From assembly GCA_044225825.1 (NCBI GenBank), contig JBGAIB010000010.1:20699-84698 (forward strand): DNA of 64,000 bases, written 5' to 3'. Position numbers and translations under genes: made by a program. Positions 1-10,513 of this stretch are shown piece by piece. Each line of letters starts with the position of its first letter. The first letter of the stretch is position 1. The stretch comes from Chitinophagales bacterium (GTDB lineage: Bacteria; Bacteroidota; Bacteroidia; Chitinophagales; LD1). The notes beneath the pieces are model-generated. The model worked only from the letters and a program-made list of their open reading frames with translations, made no database searches and was not told the DNA's origin.

Positions 1-1383
1 TTGGTATCGCCTAAAGGAAATACTGCACCGCTAGCAGGGCCGGCGGTGCGCGTCATAAGCAGTTTGCCGCTGCGCAGCAGTACGTAGGGCTCGTCGTACA
101 CCACGGGGCGCGAGGTTTTTTCGGCTTCGCAAAACACCACGATGTCATCGGTGCAGTGCATTTCGGGTGCGGCATCTTCCACCACCGTTATATTAAAACC
201 ACAGGTGCTTTTATTACCTGCCACATCGGTGGCGGTATAGGTAACACGGGTAGTGCCCGGGCCCAGTTCTGTACCGCTGGCGGGGCCCTCCTGCAGCAAT
301 ACTTTAGAAGTAGTGCAGTTATCCATAGCCGTTACAGCAGGGTAATCTACCTTCACCTTATCCAGTTCCTTTGGTAATTTAATAATGCGGTCGGTAGGGC
401 ACGAGAGCATGGGTGGGCTTTTATCGACCACTTTAATGGTAAAGCTGCCATTCAGCGTTTTACCCCCTGCGGTAGCCTGGAAACTTAATTGCGATTCGCC
501 CATAGGGAATTCGGAGCCTGAAGGCAGGCCTTCCAATTGTTTTAGCTCGTAAGGGCCGCAACTAACAGTAACCCTTGGTTCGATAAAGTAGACTGTGGCA
601 TTGCAATTTTTTGCATCTGCTACAGCTACCATGTTATCCGGCACTTTAAGGGCAAAACTGTTATCAACCGGTTTGCTGACCTCGCGGTATAAGGCATTGA
701 TATCGGCAGGGTAAAGCGTGCGGTTGTAGAAACGGATTTCATCGAGGCTACCCTTTAAATATTTATAGGCACCACCGGTAAAACAACGGCCAATTTCAAG
801 CGGGTTATCATCGGCTGTAAAGCCTTTGGGTTTCATTTGTTGCCATATCAGGTTGCCGTTCAGGTAGGCGCGCAGCCAACCTTCGTCCAGCACCAGGGCT
901 ATAAAATACCACTCGCCAAATTCGATAGGATGGCTGTTGTAGCTTTTGTCCTCGCCGGTAAAATCGTCGCTTACTTCGAGGCGACTATAAGAATCGCCGA
1001 ATTGGCGGGTTATCAATAGTTTAAATTGGCTGCCCGTGGTATTACCTTTAATAAATAAAGGCAGCACCAGGTTGCCTGCTGCATCGGTTTTTTCGGGCTT
1101 AACCCACATGGTAACGGTAAAAGCGCCGGTAGCAGTTTTAAAAGAGGGGTGGGCAGGAAGTTGCAAAAAGCCGTTTTCGCCGTTAAAGCGCAAGGCACCG
1201 CAGGCGTAGCCAAAGCGGTCCTCGGTGGTGGCAACCCCACGGGGTATTACCGCATCGATATGATTTGGCCCGGCATCGATACCTGAATTATTACAGGGAT
1301 AATGGCATAAAAGACCATCGGCAGGCAGTTGGGCAGCACAAAGCAGGGTACATAATAATAAGAGCAGCGTCGGATATCGCTTC
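1..1383 (-). CDS. Secreted LamG (concanavalin-A-like lectin) plus HYR-domain protein, N-terminal 460 aa. The start codon is at 1383 and the gene continues past the window start.
   Basis: My own translation of the minus strand from the ATG at 1381-1383: MKRYPTLLLLLCTLLCAAQ signal peptide, then a LamG-like region (GEWYFIALVLDEGWLRAYLNGNL, LDEIRFYNRTLY), then repeated HYR-like modules (PPMLSCPTDRII...VDYPAVTAMDNCT; APEMHCTDDIVVFCE). The track omits it because the ORF runs off the window. Confidence 0.6.
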
Positions 1384-1628
1384 ATTTCTCGGGTAAAAAT
1401 ATTGGTAATACGGAGGAAGGCGGCATACGTTACATAATGGTTTTCAATATGTAAAAATGTTTGTCCTATTCAGTAATCAGTTGCGGTATTTAAATGAATT
1501 ATCTATAAATGTTTGATAATGAATAGATAAGGTGGTTTTTAAGGCCTTTTTGGAGCCGGACTTTTGGCGGGTTAGGGGTTTTGCTTACAACTGGGTTAGT
1601 ACCTGTACGGGTTTGATGCGGAAGGTAT

Positions 1629-1658
1629 TTGGAATTTAATTTCCTATGGTTATCTTTG
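1629..1658 (+). promoter_or_regulatory. Bacteroidetes-type promoter for rpsO: -33 TTG at 1629-1631 and -7 box TATCTTTG at 1651-1658
   Basis: TAnnTTTG motif with a TTG 19 nt upstream, about 23 nt before the rpsO ATG. Confidence 0.45.
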
Positions 1659-1680
1659 CGCGCTTTAAACGACGAAAGAA

Positions 1681-1950
1681 ATGCAAGTTACATCTGAAGT
1701 AAAGAAGACCATATTCAAGACCTACGGAGGTTCTGAGACCAATACCGGTTCTACAGCTGGCCAAATTGCCCTGTATACCGAGCGTATTAACCACATCAGC
1801 GGCCACCTGGAAACCAACAAAAAAGATTACGCCAACACCCGCTCGTTGCTGAAACTGGTAGGTAAAAGACGTCGTTTGTTAAATTACATGATGAAGACGG
1901 ACCTGACCGGTTACCGTCAGCTGATTGAGAAGTTGAATATCAGAAAGTAA
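1681..1950 (+). CDS. rpsO: 30S ribosomal protein S15
   Basis: 89 aa; ...GSTAGQIALYTERINHISGHLETNKKDYANTRSLLKLVGKRRRLLNYM is a typical S15 sequence; a terminator follows. Confidence 0.93.
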   Translation: MQVTSEVKKTIFKTYGGSETNTGSTAGQIALYTERINHISGHLETNKKDYANTRSLLKLVGKRRRLLNYMMKTDLTGYRQLIEKLNIRK

Positions 1951-1964
1951 GACTATAAAGAAGA

Positions 1965-1996
1965 GGATGGCGCACAGCCATCCTTTTCGTTTTTTT
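1965..1996 (+). terminator. Rho-independent terminator after rpsO
   Basis: GGATGGC-GCACA-GCCATCC hairpin followed by TTTTCGTTTTTTT. Confidence 0.6.
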
Positions 1997-2186
1997 GGAG
2001 GTGGCAGCCCGCCTTAGGGGCAGCCGGTGATGAAAAAGTCGGAGTAGGTTTTGGGATGGACTACGACTCAAAAAAAAGATCCCCAACGCATAAATATATC
2101 CCACCTTAAGAGCAGCGTTGGCGGAACAGAAAGACGGAATACAAAGCGATTACAAATATTTAGACCAAACCATTAATTATTTAAAG

Positions 2187-4334
2187 ATGAACGTAATTAA
2201 AAAGACGATTGACCTTGGCGGAGGCCGTACGATTGAAATTGAAACAGGCCGCCTTGCCAAGCAAACCGACGGATCGGCCGTAATTAAATACGGCAACACT
2301 ATGTTGCTGGCCACCGTATGTGCCGATAAAAAGGCAAAAGAAGGCGTAGACTTTATGCCGTTAACCGTAGAATACCGCGAAAACATGGCCGCAGTAGGCC
2401 GTATACCCGGTTCCTTCTTTAAACGCGAAGGCAAACCAACCGACGATGAAGTATTGATCAGCCGTTTGATTGACCGCGCGCTGCGTCCGTTGTTCCCGGA
2501 TGATTTCCATGCCAACGTAGTAGTGCAGGTAACCATGATTTCGGGCGATTTGAACGAACTGCCAGATGCACTGGCTTGTTTGGCTGCTTCGGCTGCGCTG
2601 GCAGTTTCCGATCTGCCATTCAACGGCCCTATCAGCGAAGTGCGTGTTGCTAAAATTGACGGTCAACTGGTAATTAACCCTACCAAGAGTGCCCTGGAAA
2701 GCGAAGGCACCACTATCGACCTGATCGTTGCTTCTTCAGCTACCTCTATTGTAATGGTAGAAGGCGAAATGAAAGAAGTGAGCGAAGCCGAAATGGTAGA
2801 AGCCATCATATTTGCCCAGGAAGCTATCTTTAAACAAGTAGCTGTACTGAAAGAACTGGAAGCAGAAGCAGGCAAAACCGAAAAGCGCGCCTACGAACAC
2901 GAAAAACACAACGAAGACCTGCGCAAGCGCTTAAACGACTTCTGCTACGACAAGTGTTGCGAAGTTGCTGCCCAGCAGATTAACGATAAGAAATTGCGCA
3001 CCGAAGCTTTTGATGCAGTTTACGATGCCTTTGAAGCTACCCTTACCGACGAAGAGAAAGAAGAGAATGACTTTTTGTTAGGTATTTACTGGGGCCTGGT
3101 ACAGTACAACGCTGTACGCGATGTAATGTTAGCCCAGAACAAACGCCTTGACGGCCGTAAGATGGATGAGATCCGTCCGATTTGGAGCGAAGTAGGTTAC
3201 CTGCCCGGTCCGCACGGTTCGGCATTATTTACCCGTGGCGAAACACAATCATTAACCACCGTAACCCTGGGTACCAAGCTCGATCAGCAATTGATTGACG
3301 GTGCTATCTATAACTACGAGAAGAAATTCCTGTTGCATTATAACTTCCCACCATTCAGCGTTGGTGAAGCACGTGTACCGCGTGGTACCGGCCGCCGCGA
3401 AGTGGGCCACGGTAACCTGGCATGGCGCGCTATAAACGTAGTGTTGCCAAAGGATTTCCCTTATACGCTGCGTGTAGTATCTGATATTCTGGAATCGAAC
3501 GGTTCGTCATCTATGGCAACTGTTTGTGCCGGTACGTTGGCCTTAATGGATGCCGGTGTGCAAATCAGCAAGCCGGTTTCGGGTATTGCCATGGGTTTAA
3601 TTACCGATGAGAAGAGCGGTAAGTATGTTATCCTGAGCGATATTTTGGGCGATGAAGATCACCTGGGCGATATGGACTTTAAAGTGTGCGGTACCGCCGA
3701 CGGTATCTGCGCCTGCCAGATGGATATTAAAATTAAAGGCTTAAGCCGCGAGCTGCTGACACAGGCACTTGACCAGGCTAAGCGCGGCCGCTTACACATA
3801 CTTGGCGAAATGATGAAGACCATCGATAAGCCACGTGAAGATTACAAACCACAGGCTCCGCGCGTAGTGGTGCTGCAAATTGATAAAGAATACATCGGCG
3901 CCGTAATAGGACCCGGTGGTAAGGTTATCCAGGAAATGCAGCGCGAAACAGGTTGTACTATCGTAATTGAGGAAGTAGGTAACTACGGTAAAGTAGAGAT
4001 CTTCTCGCCGAACAAGGATGGTATTGACCGTGCTGTTGCCAAAATTAAAGGCATTACTGCTACCCCTGAAATAGGTGAAGTTTACGAAGCTACCGTTAAG
4101 AGCATTATGCCTTACGGTGCGTTTGTAGAATTCCTGCCGGGCAAACAAGGCTTGTTGCACATCTCTGAGATTTCGCACAAGCGCCTGGAAACTATGGAAG
4201 GCATCTTTAAAGAAAACGAAGTGGTAAAAGTGAAACTGCTGGGTATTGACAACAAGACCGGTAAGTTTAAACTGAGCCGCAAAGTGTTGCTGGATAAGCC
4301 ACAAGGAAGCAACGAAGGCCAGGCTGCTGAATAA
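2187..4334 (+). CDS. pnp: Polyribonucleotide nucleotidyltransferase (PNPase)
   Basis: The track ORF starts at 2118, but the conserved PNPase N-terminus begins [30 protein letters not shown] at 2187. Two RNase PH domains, a KH domain and a C-terminal S1 domain ([20 protein letters not shown]) are present. Confidence 0.92.
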   Translation: MNVIKKTIDLGGGRTIEIETGRLAKQTDGSAVIKYGNTMLLATVCADKKAKEGVDFMPLTVEYRENMAAVGRIPGSFFKREGKPTDDEVLISRLIDRALRPLFPDDFHANVVVQVTMISGDLNELPDALACLAASAALAVSDLPFNGPISEVRVAKIDGQLVINPTKSALESEGTTIDLIVASSATSIVMVEGEMKEVSEAEMVEAIIFAQEAIFKQVAVLKELEAEAGKTEKRAYEHEKHNEDLRKRLNDFCYDKCCEVAAQQINDKKLRTEAFDAVYDAFEATLTDEEKEENDFLLGIYWGLVQYNAVRDVMLAQNKRLDGRKMDEIRPIWSEVGYLPGPHGSALFTRGETQSLTTVTLGTKLDQQLIDGAIYNYEKKFLLHYNFPPFSVGEARVPRGTGRREVGHGNLAWRAINVVLPKDFPYTLRVVSDILESNGSSSMATVCAGTLALMDAGVQISKPVSGIAMGLITDEKSGKYVILSDILGDEDHLGDMDFKVCGTADGICACQMDIKIKGLSRELLTQALDQAKRGRLHILGEMMKTIDKPREDYKPQAPRVVVLQIDKEYIGAVIGPGGKVIQEMQRETGCTIVIEEVGNYGKVEIFSPNKDGIDRAVAKIKGITATPEIGEVYEATVKSIMPYGAFVEFLPGKQGLLHISEISHKRLETMEGIFKENEVVKVKLLGIDNKTGKFKLSRKVLLDKPQGSNEGQAAE

Positions 4335-4356
4335 GCAACTAAGCCATGTAATACAA

Positions 4357-4386
4357 AGCCCTGCCGTAAGGCGGGGCTTTTTTATT
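4357..4386 (+). terminator. Rho-independent terminator after pnp
   Basis: AAGCCCTGCC-GTAA-GGCGGGGCTT followed by TTTTTATT. Confidence 0.65.
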
Positions 4387-4451
4387 GCAGGTAGTAAGCT
4401 GATGGCTTTGGAGCGGTTCCATTACTGCCGCTTTTCTGCTAATGTTGCGCT

Positions 4452-5369
4452 ATGATTTTGCTGGACCACCGGCACATTGCAGACCCTTATTTTAACCTGG
4501 CTACCGAAGAGTATTTGGTGCGCCATGCCGATTGCAGCCAACACGATATTCTGTTGTTGTATGTGAATGCACCCTCGATAGTGGTTGGCAAAAACCAGAG
4601 TATTTACCGCGAGGTGAACCTGCCTTACCTGCGCCAAAGCGGTGTGCCTGTGTGCCGGCGCGTAAGCGGCGGAGGCACCGTTTACCACGATGCGGGCAAC
4701 CTGAGCTTTGCTTTTATAAGCGCTTTTGCCGAGCATAAGGTGAACAATTACCTGCATTTTAATGCGCCTATAATTGCCGCTTTGCAAAAGGCGGGCATTG
4801 ATGCGAAGGCCGATGCGCGTAATAATATTTTGGCCGGTGAGAAGAAGATATCGGGTAATGCGCAGTTTACCGACCGCAGGAATATACTTAGCCATGGCAC
4901 CCTGTTGTTTGATGCCAACCTGGATAATTTACGCGGAGCCCTGAAGCAGAATGACTTTATGGTAGAAACTAAGGCTGTTAGTTCGGTGCGCAGCAGTGTT
5001 GCCAATATAAAGGGCTTAAGCCGCCACTGGCCCGATTTAAATGCCTTTATTGATTACCTGCTTACCGAGCTACCCTTACAAGGCACCTATGCCTTTACCG
5101 AAGCTGATAAGGCCGCTGTTACAGAGATGGCGGATAAGCAGTATAGCAGTTATGGCTGGATTTATGGCCGCACACCGGAAACCACCCTGCGGAAGGATGG
5201 TGTAAGCGTAACTATAACGGATGGATTGATAACCGGCATTGAGCAGGAGGGGAGTGCTATTTTACCGGAACTAATGGGACAGGCGTTCAGCTATGAGCAT
5301 TTATTAAAAACGCCGGGCGAGGGGCCCGGCGCGGAAAATTTATTAGTGCGGTTGTTCTTCGGTAGTTGA
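4452..5369 (+). CDS. lplA: Lipoate-protein ligase family protein
   Basis: 305 aa; LplA/LipB-type catalytic domain (…GKNQSIYREVNLPYLRQSGVPVCRRVSGGGTVYHDAGNL…KISGNAQ). Confidence 0.8.
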   Translation: MILLDHRHIADPYFNLATEEYLVRHADCSQHDILLLYVNAPSIVVGKNQSIYREVNLPYLRQSGVPVCRRVSGGGTVYHDAGNLSFAFISAFAEHKVNNYLHFNAPIIAALQKAGIDAKADARNNILAGEKKISGNAQFTDRRNILSHGTLLFDANLDNLRGALKQNDFMVETKAVSSVRSSVANIKGLSRHWPDLNAFIDYLLTELPLQGTYAFTEADKAAVTEMADKQYSSYGWIYGRTPETTLRKDGVSVTITDGLITGIEQEGSAILPELMGQAFSYEHLLKTPGEGPGAENLLVRLFFGS

Positions 5370-6071
5370 AGAACTTGTCTTCTTCTTTTTCTTGTCCATT
5401 TCTATAGCTTCCTGCAGGCTGGACGGTTCTTTTTTGCCTTTGTATTTAGGGTTTTTGCTCCACTCGTAAACACGCTGACCATCGATGTATTTAGATACGA
5501 AGGCATCTTTAATACCCATTTTGCGCACGTCTACTACAAACTGCTTGGCTACTTCTTCATCAGGGAAATAGCTGATGATATAACGGTTCATGCCGTCCAC
5601 TTCTTCGTAACCGATGTAGCGGGGCTGATCGAAATATTTGTTGATGTTAAACTCCTTGTAAAGGCCGATCTGCACTTTGTAAAACGTGCCTTTTTGCGGG
5701 ATGTTTTTCATGTCCTTAATATACTGCTGGGTAACGGTAGTATCGCCGCCTTCCACAAATTCGCCTTTCAGCAGTTGATTTTCCTGGGTAAGTTTTTGCA
5801 CCTGGGTATCGTAAGCAGCCACCTTGTTCTCCAGTTCCGCCTGTTTGGTGCTGGCATAGGCCAGGTCGTCCTTTAAGTGCTTTATTTCGGCTTCGTTGCT
5901 ATCCAGGGTGGTGTGCAGGTCTTCCATTTTGGCTTTGTAGCCTTCCAGGTTGCTCATGTAACCTTTCAGTTCTTCTTTCAGCCTCTTTTTCTCCTCTTTG
6001 GAAAGTTGCTGAGCCGAAACGGAAGTAGCCAATAAAGTACCGCAAAACGCCAGGGTAATTAGTTTCTTCAT
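5343..6071 (-). CDS. Secreted coiled-coil protein with a C-terminal SPOR-like region (hypothetical)
   Basis: Signal peptide MKKLITLAFCGTLLATSVSAQ, a long heptad-rich K/E segment, a globular C-terminus and a lysine-rich tail. Its 3' end overlaps lplA convergently by 27 bp. Confidence 0.55.
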   Translation of the reverse strand: MKKLITLAFCGTLLATSVSAQQLSKEEKKRLKEELKGYMSNLEGYKAKMEDLHTTLDSNEAEIKHLKDDLAYASTKQAELENKVAAYDTQVQKLTQENQLLKGEFVEGGDTTVTQQYIKDMKNIPQKGTFYKVQIGLYKEFNINKYFDQPRYIGYEEVDGMNRYIISYFPDEEVAKQFVVDVRKMGIKDAFVSKYIDGQRVYEWSKNPKYKGKKEPSSLQEAIEMDKKKKKTSSSTTEEQPH

Positions 6072-6176
6072 TGAATGTCAGGATTAGTGTGTGCCGACAA
6101 AGCTAAGCGTTTAGCCCAAAAAAGGAAATTTATCGATGTGATTTTGAGGGGATAACAAATGTTGCTCACCTCTATT

Positions 6177-6297
6177 TACCGGGGCAAGGGGTAAAAAACC
6201 TGATAGACCGGGCAGGATAAAACAATCTTATATAAATGTGCCAAGGAACCCTACATTTGGCATTACCGGCAGGGTAAAACGACCCTGTATATGTGCC
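6177..6297. repeat. Three imperfect direct repeats (ACCGGGCAGGRTAAAAC…TATA..TGTGCC) in the divergent 5343/6365 intergenic region
   Basis: Copies at 6177-6205, 6206-6241 and 6264-6297, seen by eye. Confidence 0.4.
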
Positions 6298-6364
6298 CCC
6301 TTGGTAGCAGCGTGATAGTTTGTAGGTAAGCATGTGTGATTAACCTTTCAACAGACCTATATTT

Positions 6365-7819
6365 ATGGCTCAATACCTCTACCGCCCGGCCCTGGAACTT
6401 GCCGCGATGATACGCGAAGGCAAAGCCACCAGCACGGCTATTGTTACCGAACATCTGGAGCAGATAAAGCAACACAACAGTGCCCTGCATGCACTTGTAA
6501 TGGTATTTGAAGAGGAGGCTTTGGCTACTGCCGCAGCATGTGATGCAGAAGCAGAGGCCGGCCATTTCCGAGGACCATTACATGGGGTACCCGTAACCAT
6601 TAAGGAATCGTTTTGGTTAAAGGGCACCTCCAGCACCAATAACTTTAAGATGTTGAAGGATTTTGTAGCGCCTGAAGACAGCGTGTTGGTGGAGCGCATA
6701 AAAAACAGCGGTGCAGTAATTTTAGGCAAAACCAATGTGCCCCGGAACCTGTTGGATTACCAGGTGGCAGGCGATTTGTATGCCGAGGGTAAAAACCCGT
6801 ATAACACCGATTATGGGCCCGGTGGCAGTAGCGGTGGCGGGGCCGCAGCGCTTGCTGCAGGGTTTACAACGCTTGAACTGGGCAGCGATTTTGGCGGCTC
6901 GGTGCGGGTGCCCTCGAATTTTTGCGGTTTATACGGACTGAAGCCTACCGATAAAACGGTGCCCTTGCATGGCAATATTCCGTTACCGCCTAAGGCCAAA
7001 ACATTTTTAGTGCATATGGCGCAGGCAGGACCGCTGGCGCGCAACATGAACGACCTGGAGGTGTTATGGAAGACGGTAGTAGGGCCGCATGAAAGCGATA
7101 GAAATATACCACGGATAGCCTGGCAAACGCCCACCAAGACCAAACTGAGTGAATATAAAATTGCGTTTACAACAGGTTGGCCGGGCTATGAAGCAAGCAA
7201 CCAGGTTGGGGAAGCGATTCAGCAATTGGTGAACCGGTTTACTGCTGAAGGGGGAAAGGCAGAGAAGGCCATACCCGATGGCACCATACACGAAGATTCG
7301 TTACGCGTATTTGTTTCACTCTTCCCTTATGTAATAGCACAGGGCATGCCCTGGTTTATTCGTGCCCTTGTTAAGCTGGACCTGCGTTTTGGCTTATTGA
7401 AAGGGCAGACAAAGTATTGGAAGGAAATGAACCGATCGTTTAGGATGGATGCCAATGCTTATGCAGAGGCGCTGTTGGAAAGAAGTTTGCTTGTTAAACG
7501 CTGGGAAGAATTTTTTAATACCTACGACTTTTTAATTTGCCCTGTGGCCTTTGGACCGGCTTATAAGCGTTGTAAACTGGGAACCCCGCTTAGTTATGAA
7601 GGCAAAGAGATGCTTTATATAGATTATGTATGGCCCCATAACGCCTGTTTTAATGCATCGGGGCATCCGAGTTTGCACCTGCCGCTGGGTTTGGGTAAGG
7701 AAGGCCTGCCATTGGGATTACAGATAGTGGGACCCTACTGGAGCGAACCTGAACTTATAGCGTTTGGAAAACAACTTGCAGCGCTAACGCCCGGCTTTGT
7801 AAAACCAACCGGATATTAG
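6365..7819 (+). CDS. Amidase (amidase-signature family)
   Basis: 484 aa; Gly/Ser-rich amidase signature (GGSSGGGAAALAAGFTTLELGSDFGGSVRVP) plus the catalytic Ser-cisSer-Lys context. Confidence 0.85.
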   Translation: MAQYLYRPALELAAMIREGKATSTAIVTEHLEQIKQHNSALHALVMVFEEEALATAAACDAEAEAGHFRGPLHGVPVTIKESFWLKGTSSTNNFKMLKDFVAPEDSVLVERIKNSGAVILGKTNVPRNLLDYQVAGDLYAEGKNPYNTDYGPGGSSGGGAAALAAGFTTLELGSDFGGSVRVPSNFCGLYGLKPTDKTVPLHGNIPLPPKAKTFLVHMAQAGPLARNMNDLEVLWKTVVGPHESDRNIPRIAWQTPTKTKLSEYKIAFTTGWPGYEASNQVGEAIQQLVNRFTAEGGKAEKAIPDGTIHEDSLRVFVSLFPYVIAQGMPWFIRALVKLDLRFGLLKGQTKYWKEMNRSFRMDANAYAEALLERSLLVKRWEEFFNTYDFLICPVAFGPAYKRCKLGTPLSYEGKEMLYIDYVWPHNACFNASGHPSLHLPLGLGKEGLPLGLQIVGPYWSEPELIAFGKQLAALTPGFVKPTGY

Positions 7820-8103
7820 GCAATAGAAAGAACCGGGCACCAAACCCGGTTGAAGTCTGGTGGCCGGTTCTGTATACCTTTGGTTAGAACTACATTAATT
7901 TACGCAGGCCTATTATGGTAAGTGCCAGCAAGCCTGTATACAGCAGGGCATGCTTTGTATCCATATCTTGTAATTTTTCTTTAGCCATAAAAAGGGCGCG
8001 GCTTTTCATGCGCTCTATCGGGGTTCTTTTCTTGAAAAACATAATTCACAGTTTTAGGTTAGTTAATGTCCTCTTCTGCAAATATTGTACCTTCGGTTTC
8101 AAG

Positions 8104-8553
8104 ATGATAGAGCTTATTCGCACCGATTCGGGAAACCCTGATTTTGTAAGACTTGTGAAGGAACTGGATGCAGACCTAGCCCAACGCGATGGGGATGAAC
8201 ATGCCTTTTATGCCCAATTCAACAAAATTGCCCCGCTGCGCCATGTAGTAGTAGCTTATGAAAATGAGCAGGCCATCAGTTGCGGAGCAATTAAGGAATT
8301 GGAAGCCGGCAGCATGGAGGTGAAGCGCATGTATACCTTGCCTGCGGCAAGAGGCAGAGGAATAGCACTGCAGGTATTAAAAGCCCTGGAAACATGGGCC
8401 GCAGAACTAGGCTATCAGCAATGTATGCTTGAAACCGGCATACGCCAACCCGAAGCTATTGCCCTATATACCAAGGCAGGATATACCTTAATACCTAATT
8501 ACGGACAGTATGCAGGTGTAGCAAACAGCGTTTGCTTTTGCAAAACTGTATAG
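8104..8553 (+). CDS. GNAT family N-acetyltransferase
   Basis: The track ORF 7915-8553 has an implausible N-terminal extension that is antisense to a possible small minus-strand ORF. The GNAT fold starts at MIELIRTDSGNPDF…; acetyl-CoA motif RGRGIALQVLKALETWAAELGY. The start coordinate could be off by 1 because of an ambiguity when I read the frame. Confidence 0.7.
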   Translation: MIELIRTDSGNPDFVRLVKELDADLAQRDGDEHAFYAQFNKIAPLRHVVVAYENEQAISCGAIKELEAGSMEVKRMYTLPAARGRGIALQVLKALETWAAELGYQQCMLETGIRQPEAIALYTKAGYTLIPNYGQYAGVANSVCFCKTV

Positions 8554-8557
8554 TTGT

Positions 8558-9997
8558 TTACTGAATTACCAGTTTGCGGTGTTCGGTTTGGCCGTTGCTG
8601 TTACGCAAGGCAACTGAATAAACACCGGCCGGTATTTTGCCAAGGTTGATAGATTCAATCTCGTTAGTGAGCACCGATTGGTAAATGCACTGTCCGTTGC
8701 TGTTATAGATAGCAAGTGCGTACGTGCCTTCTTCTTTCAGCAGTTTAAAATCGCCGGAGGTGGGGTTAGGATATACGCGGAAGTTAAATGCCGGGGTTTC
8801 CTTAATACCTGTGCAGGTAGAAAGCTTACCTAAAATGAACAGTGCCGAAGCAGTAAGTGCCGGCTCTACACAACCGCCGTGGTTGAGGTTGCCGTAATTA
8901 ACCAGCTCAATAGACGGTGCACCATTAGCCCTCCAGGCACTATCGGCCTGTACGGCGTTGTGATAATTTACCTGTTCATCGGCGGTGCAATAGGCGATTT
9001 TAACCGGTTTGGCAGGGGCCCAATTCAGCATGTCGTTTTCGGCAAGGATAGCGCGCAACGGGTGGTTAGGGTCGTTAATGAAGGCATCCATGATGGAGTC
9101 CTTGATCATGTTGCGCGGTATGGGATTACAAAAGGCATCAATGTCGCCGGTAGAGAAGTTGCGGCTATAAAACATTTGCGGCAAGGTAGTATCGTAAGGG
9201 CTTTTGAAAATATCAGCCGGATTAGGATATAACTGCTGTAGCGATGGATAAACCGAGTGATAACCCAATAACAGATAAGGCAAATAGCTTGGTGTAGCAT
9301 ACGGTGTAAATGACAGCATGAGGTCGACCATGGTAACTTTTAAGTCGTAAGGGCCTGACATAGGTGCCAGCGCTACAACGTTGAACTCATTCTGGAAACT
9401 ATCCTGAATAAGTTTGGCGATGGCCATGGTGCTATAACCGCCCTGCGAATAACCGGTGATGGCTACTTCGCCGCTTAATGGCACGGTAAGCGTATCGCAC
9501 AACTGACGCGCAGCGCGCATAATGTTGATGGCGGCATAACCGGTATGGAAAGCGTTAATGTACGGGTGAATGATAATGCTGCTATCGCTATCGCCTAAGC
9601 CCAGTTCGTCGGGCATGGCCGTTACTACGCCACCGATACCTGCAAAGAAGAAACCAATGGGGCGTTCAGGACCATTGTAACTGGGCACCTGATCGCGGCG
9701 GGCGAAGGTACCGTGTGCATAACAACCTAATGCGCTGGGGCAGGTGGTGTTTTTAGGAACCACAACAATGCCGGAAGCATTTACCAGCGAATCGAGGTGT
9801 TTGTAAGGCGTTTTATAAATAACCTGGTATACATCGATAGCATATTGCGGAGCAACCGGAAGACTAAAGCCGGTGCTATTTAAAAAGCTATCTAGCTGGG
9901 CAGCCGTGTAGCTTTGTTGCAGGTGGTAGTTTACTAATTGGGCGTTGCTGCGGAAGGCAAAAAACAGTAGGGCTAATACGACATACAGACGAGTCAT
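8558..9997 (-). CDS. Secreted alpha/beta-hydrolase (lipase/esterase, GYSQGG nucleophile elbow) with a T9SS C-terminal sorting domain
   Basis: Start moved to the internal ATG giving MTRLYVVLALLFFAFRSNAQ. GYSQGG motif; C-terminal ~80 aa (FRVYPNPTSGDFKLL…GVYSVALRNSNGQTEHRKLVIQ) typical of type-A T9SS CTDs. Confidence 0.75.
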   Translation of the reverse strand: MTRLYVVLALLFFAFRSNAQLVNYHLQQSYTAAQLDSFLNSTGFSLPVAPQYAIDVYQVIYKTPYKHLDSLVNASGIVVVPKNTTCPSALGCYAHGTFARRDQVPSYNGPERPIGFFFAGIGGVVTAMPDELGLGDSDSSIIIHPYINAFHTGYAAINIMRAARQLCDTLTVPLSGEVAITGYSQGGYSTMAIAKLIQDSFQNEFNVVALAPMSGPYDLKVTMVDLMLSFTPYATPSYLPYLLLGYHSVYPSLQQLYPNPADIFKSPYDTTLPQMFYSRNFSTGDIDAFCNPIPRNMIKDSIMDAFINDPNHPLRAILAENDMLNWAPAKPVKIAYCTADEQVNYHNAVQADSAWRANGAPSIELVNYGNLNHGGCVEPALTASALFILGKLSTCTGIKETPAFNFRVYPNPTSGDFKLLKEEGTYALAIYNSNGQCIYQSVLTNEIESINLGKIPAGVYSVALRNSNGQTEHRKLVIQ

Positions 9998-10094
9998 TGC
10001 GGATAATTTTTGGATGCGGAAGTTATTGTTTTTACGGAGAAACCAGAGGTAATAACAGCACCTGCAGAATTTTGTTTTGATGTAGAGGTAGTTG

Positions 10095-10513
10095 GTAAAC
10101 AAAAAGAGCAACCCTGTTGAGGATTGCTGTTTGGTACCGAAGGTGGGAATCCCCGCCTGACCGGCTTTGCCTTTCAGTCGGGCAGGCCCGCCTGATTTGA
10201 CTTTGCCATCTCAGTCAGGCAGGGAACCCACACACCCGGAGGTGTGTAAAACAAAAAGAGCAACCCTGTTGAGGATTGCTCGTTGGTACCGAAGGTGGGA
10301 ATCCCCGCCTGACCGACTGCGTCTTACAGTCGGGCAGGGAACCCACACACCCGGAGGTGTGTAAAACAAAAAGAGCAACCCTGTTGAGGATTGCTCTTTG
10401 GTACCGAAGGTGGGAATCCCCGCCTGACCGACTTCGTCTTACAGTCGGGCAGGGAACCCACACACCCGGAGGTGTGTAAAACAAAAAGAGCAACCCTGTT
10501 GAGGATTGCTCTT
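10095..10513 (-). repeat. Tandem array of 3.5 units (period 115 bp; first unit 153 bp). Each unit copies the 3' third of tRNA-Leu (variable arm to CCA) with a ~35-nt hairpin inserted in the T-loop, plus a terminator hairpin.
   Basis: Unit starts at about 10128, 10281, 10396 and 10511 (10511 is the genuine tRNA). Nearly identical copies of tggtaccgaaggtgggaatc…gaacccacacacccggagg…aaaaagagcaaccctgttgaggattgctctt; these produce the track's look-alike ORFs 10167-10364, 10276-10479 and 10391-10621. Confidence 0.85.

Noticed and set aside
2177-4312. Antisense and out-of-frame ORFs inside pnp (2177-2623, 2361-2666, 2663-2875, 3043-3225, 3792-4304, 4112-4312)
   Set aside because: They are fully embedded in the strongly supported PNPase reading frame and have low-complexity, compositionally biased translations
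4422-5005. ORFs 4422-4895 (minus), 4532-4738 (plus) and 4748-5005 (minus) overlapping lplA
   Set aside because: Antisense or shadow frames of the lplA CDS with no motifs
10095-10513. Considered a CRISPR array because of the regular direct repeats
   Set aside because: The units are 115 bp, contiguous with no unique spacers, and are homologous to the adjacent tRNA 3' end; no cas genes are present
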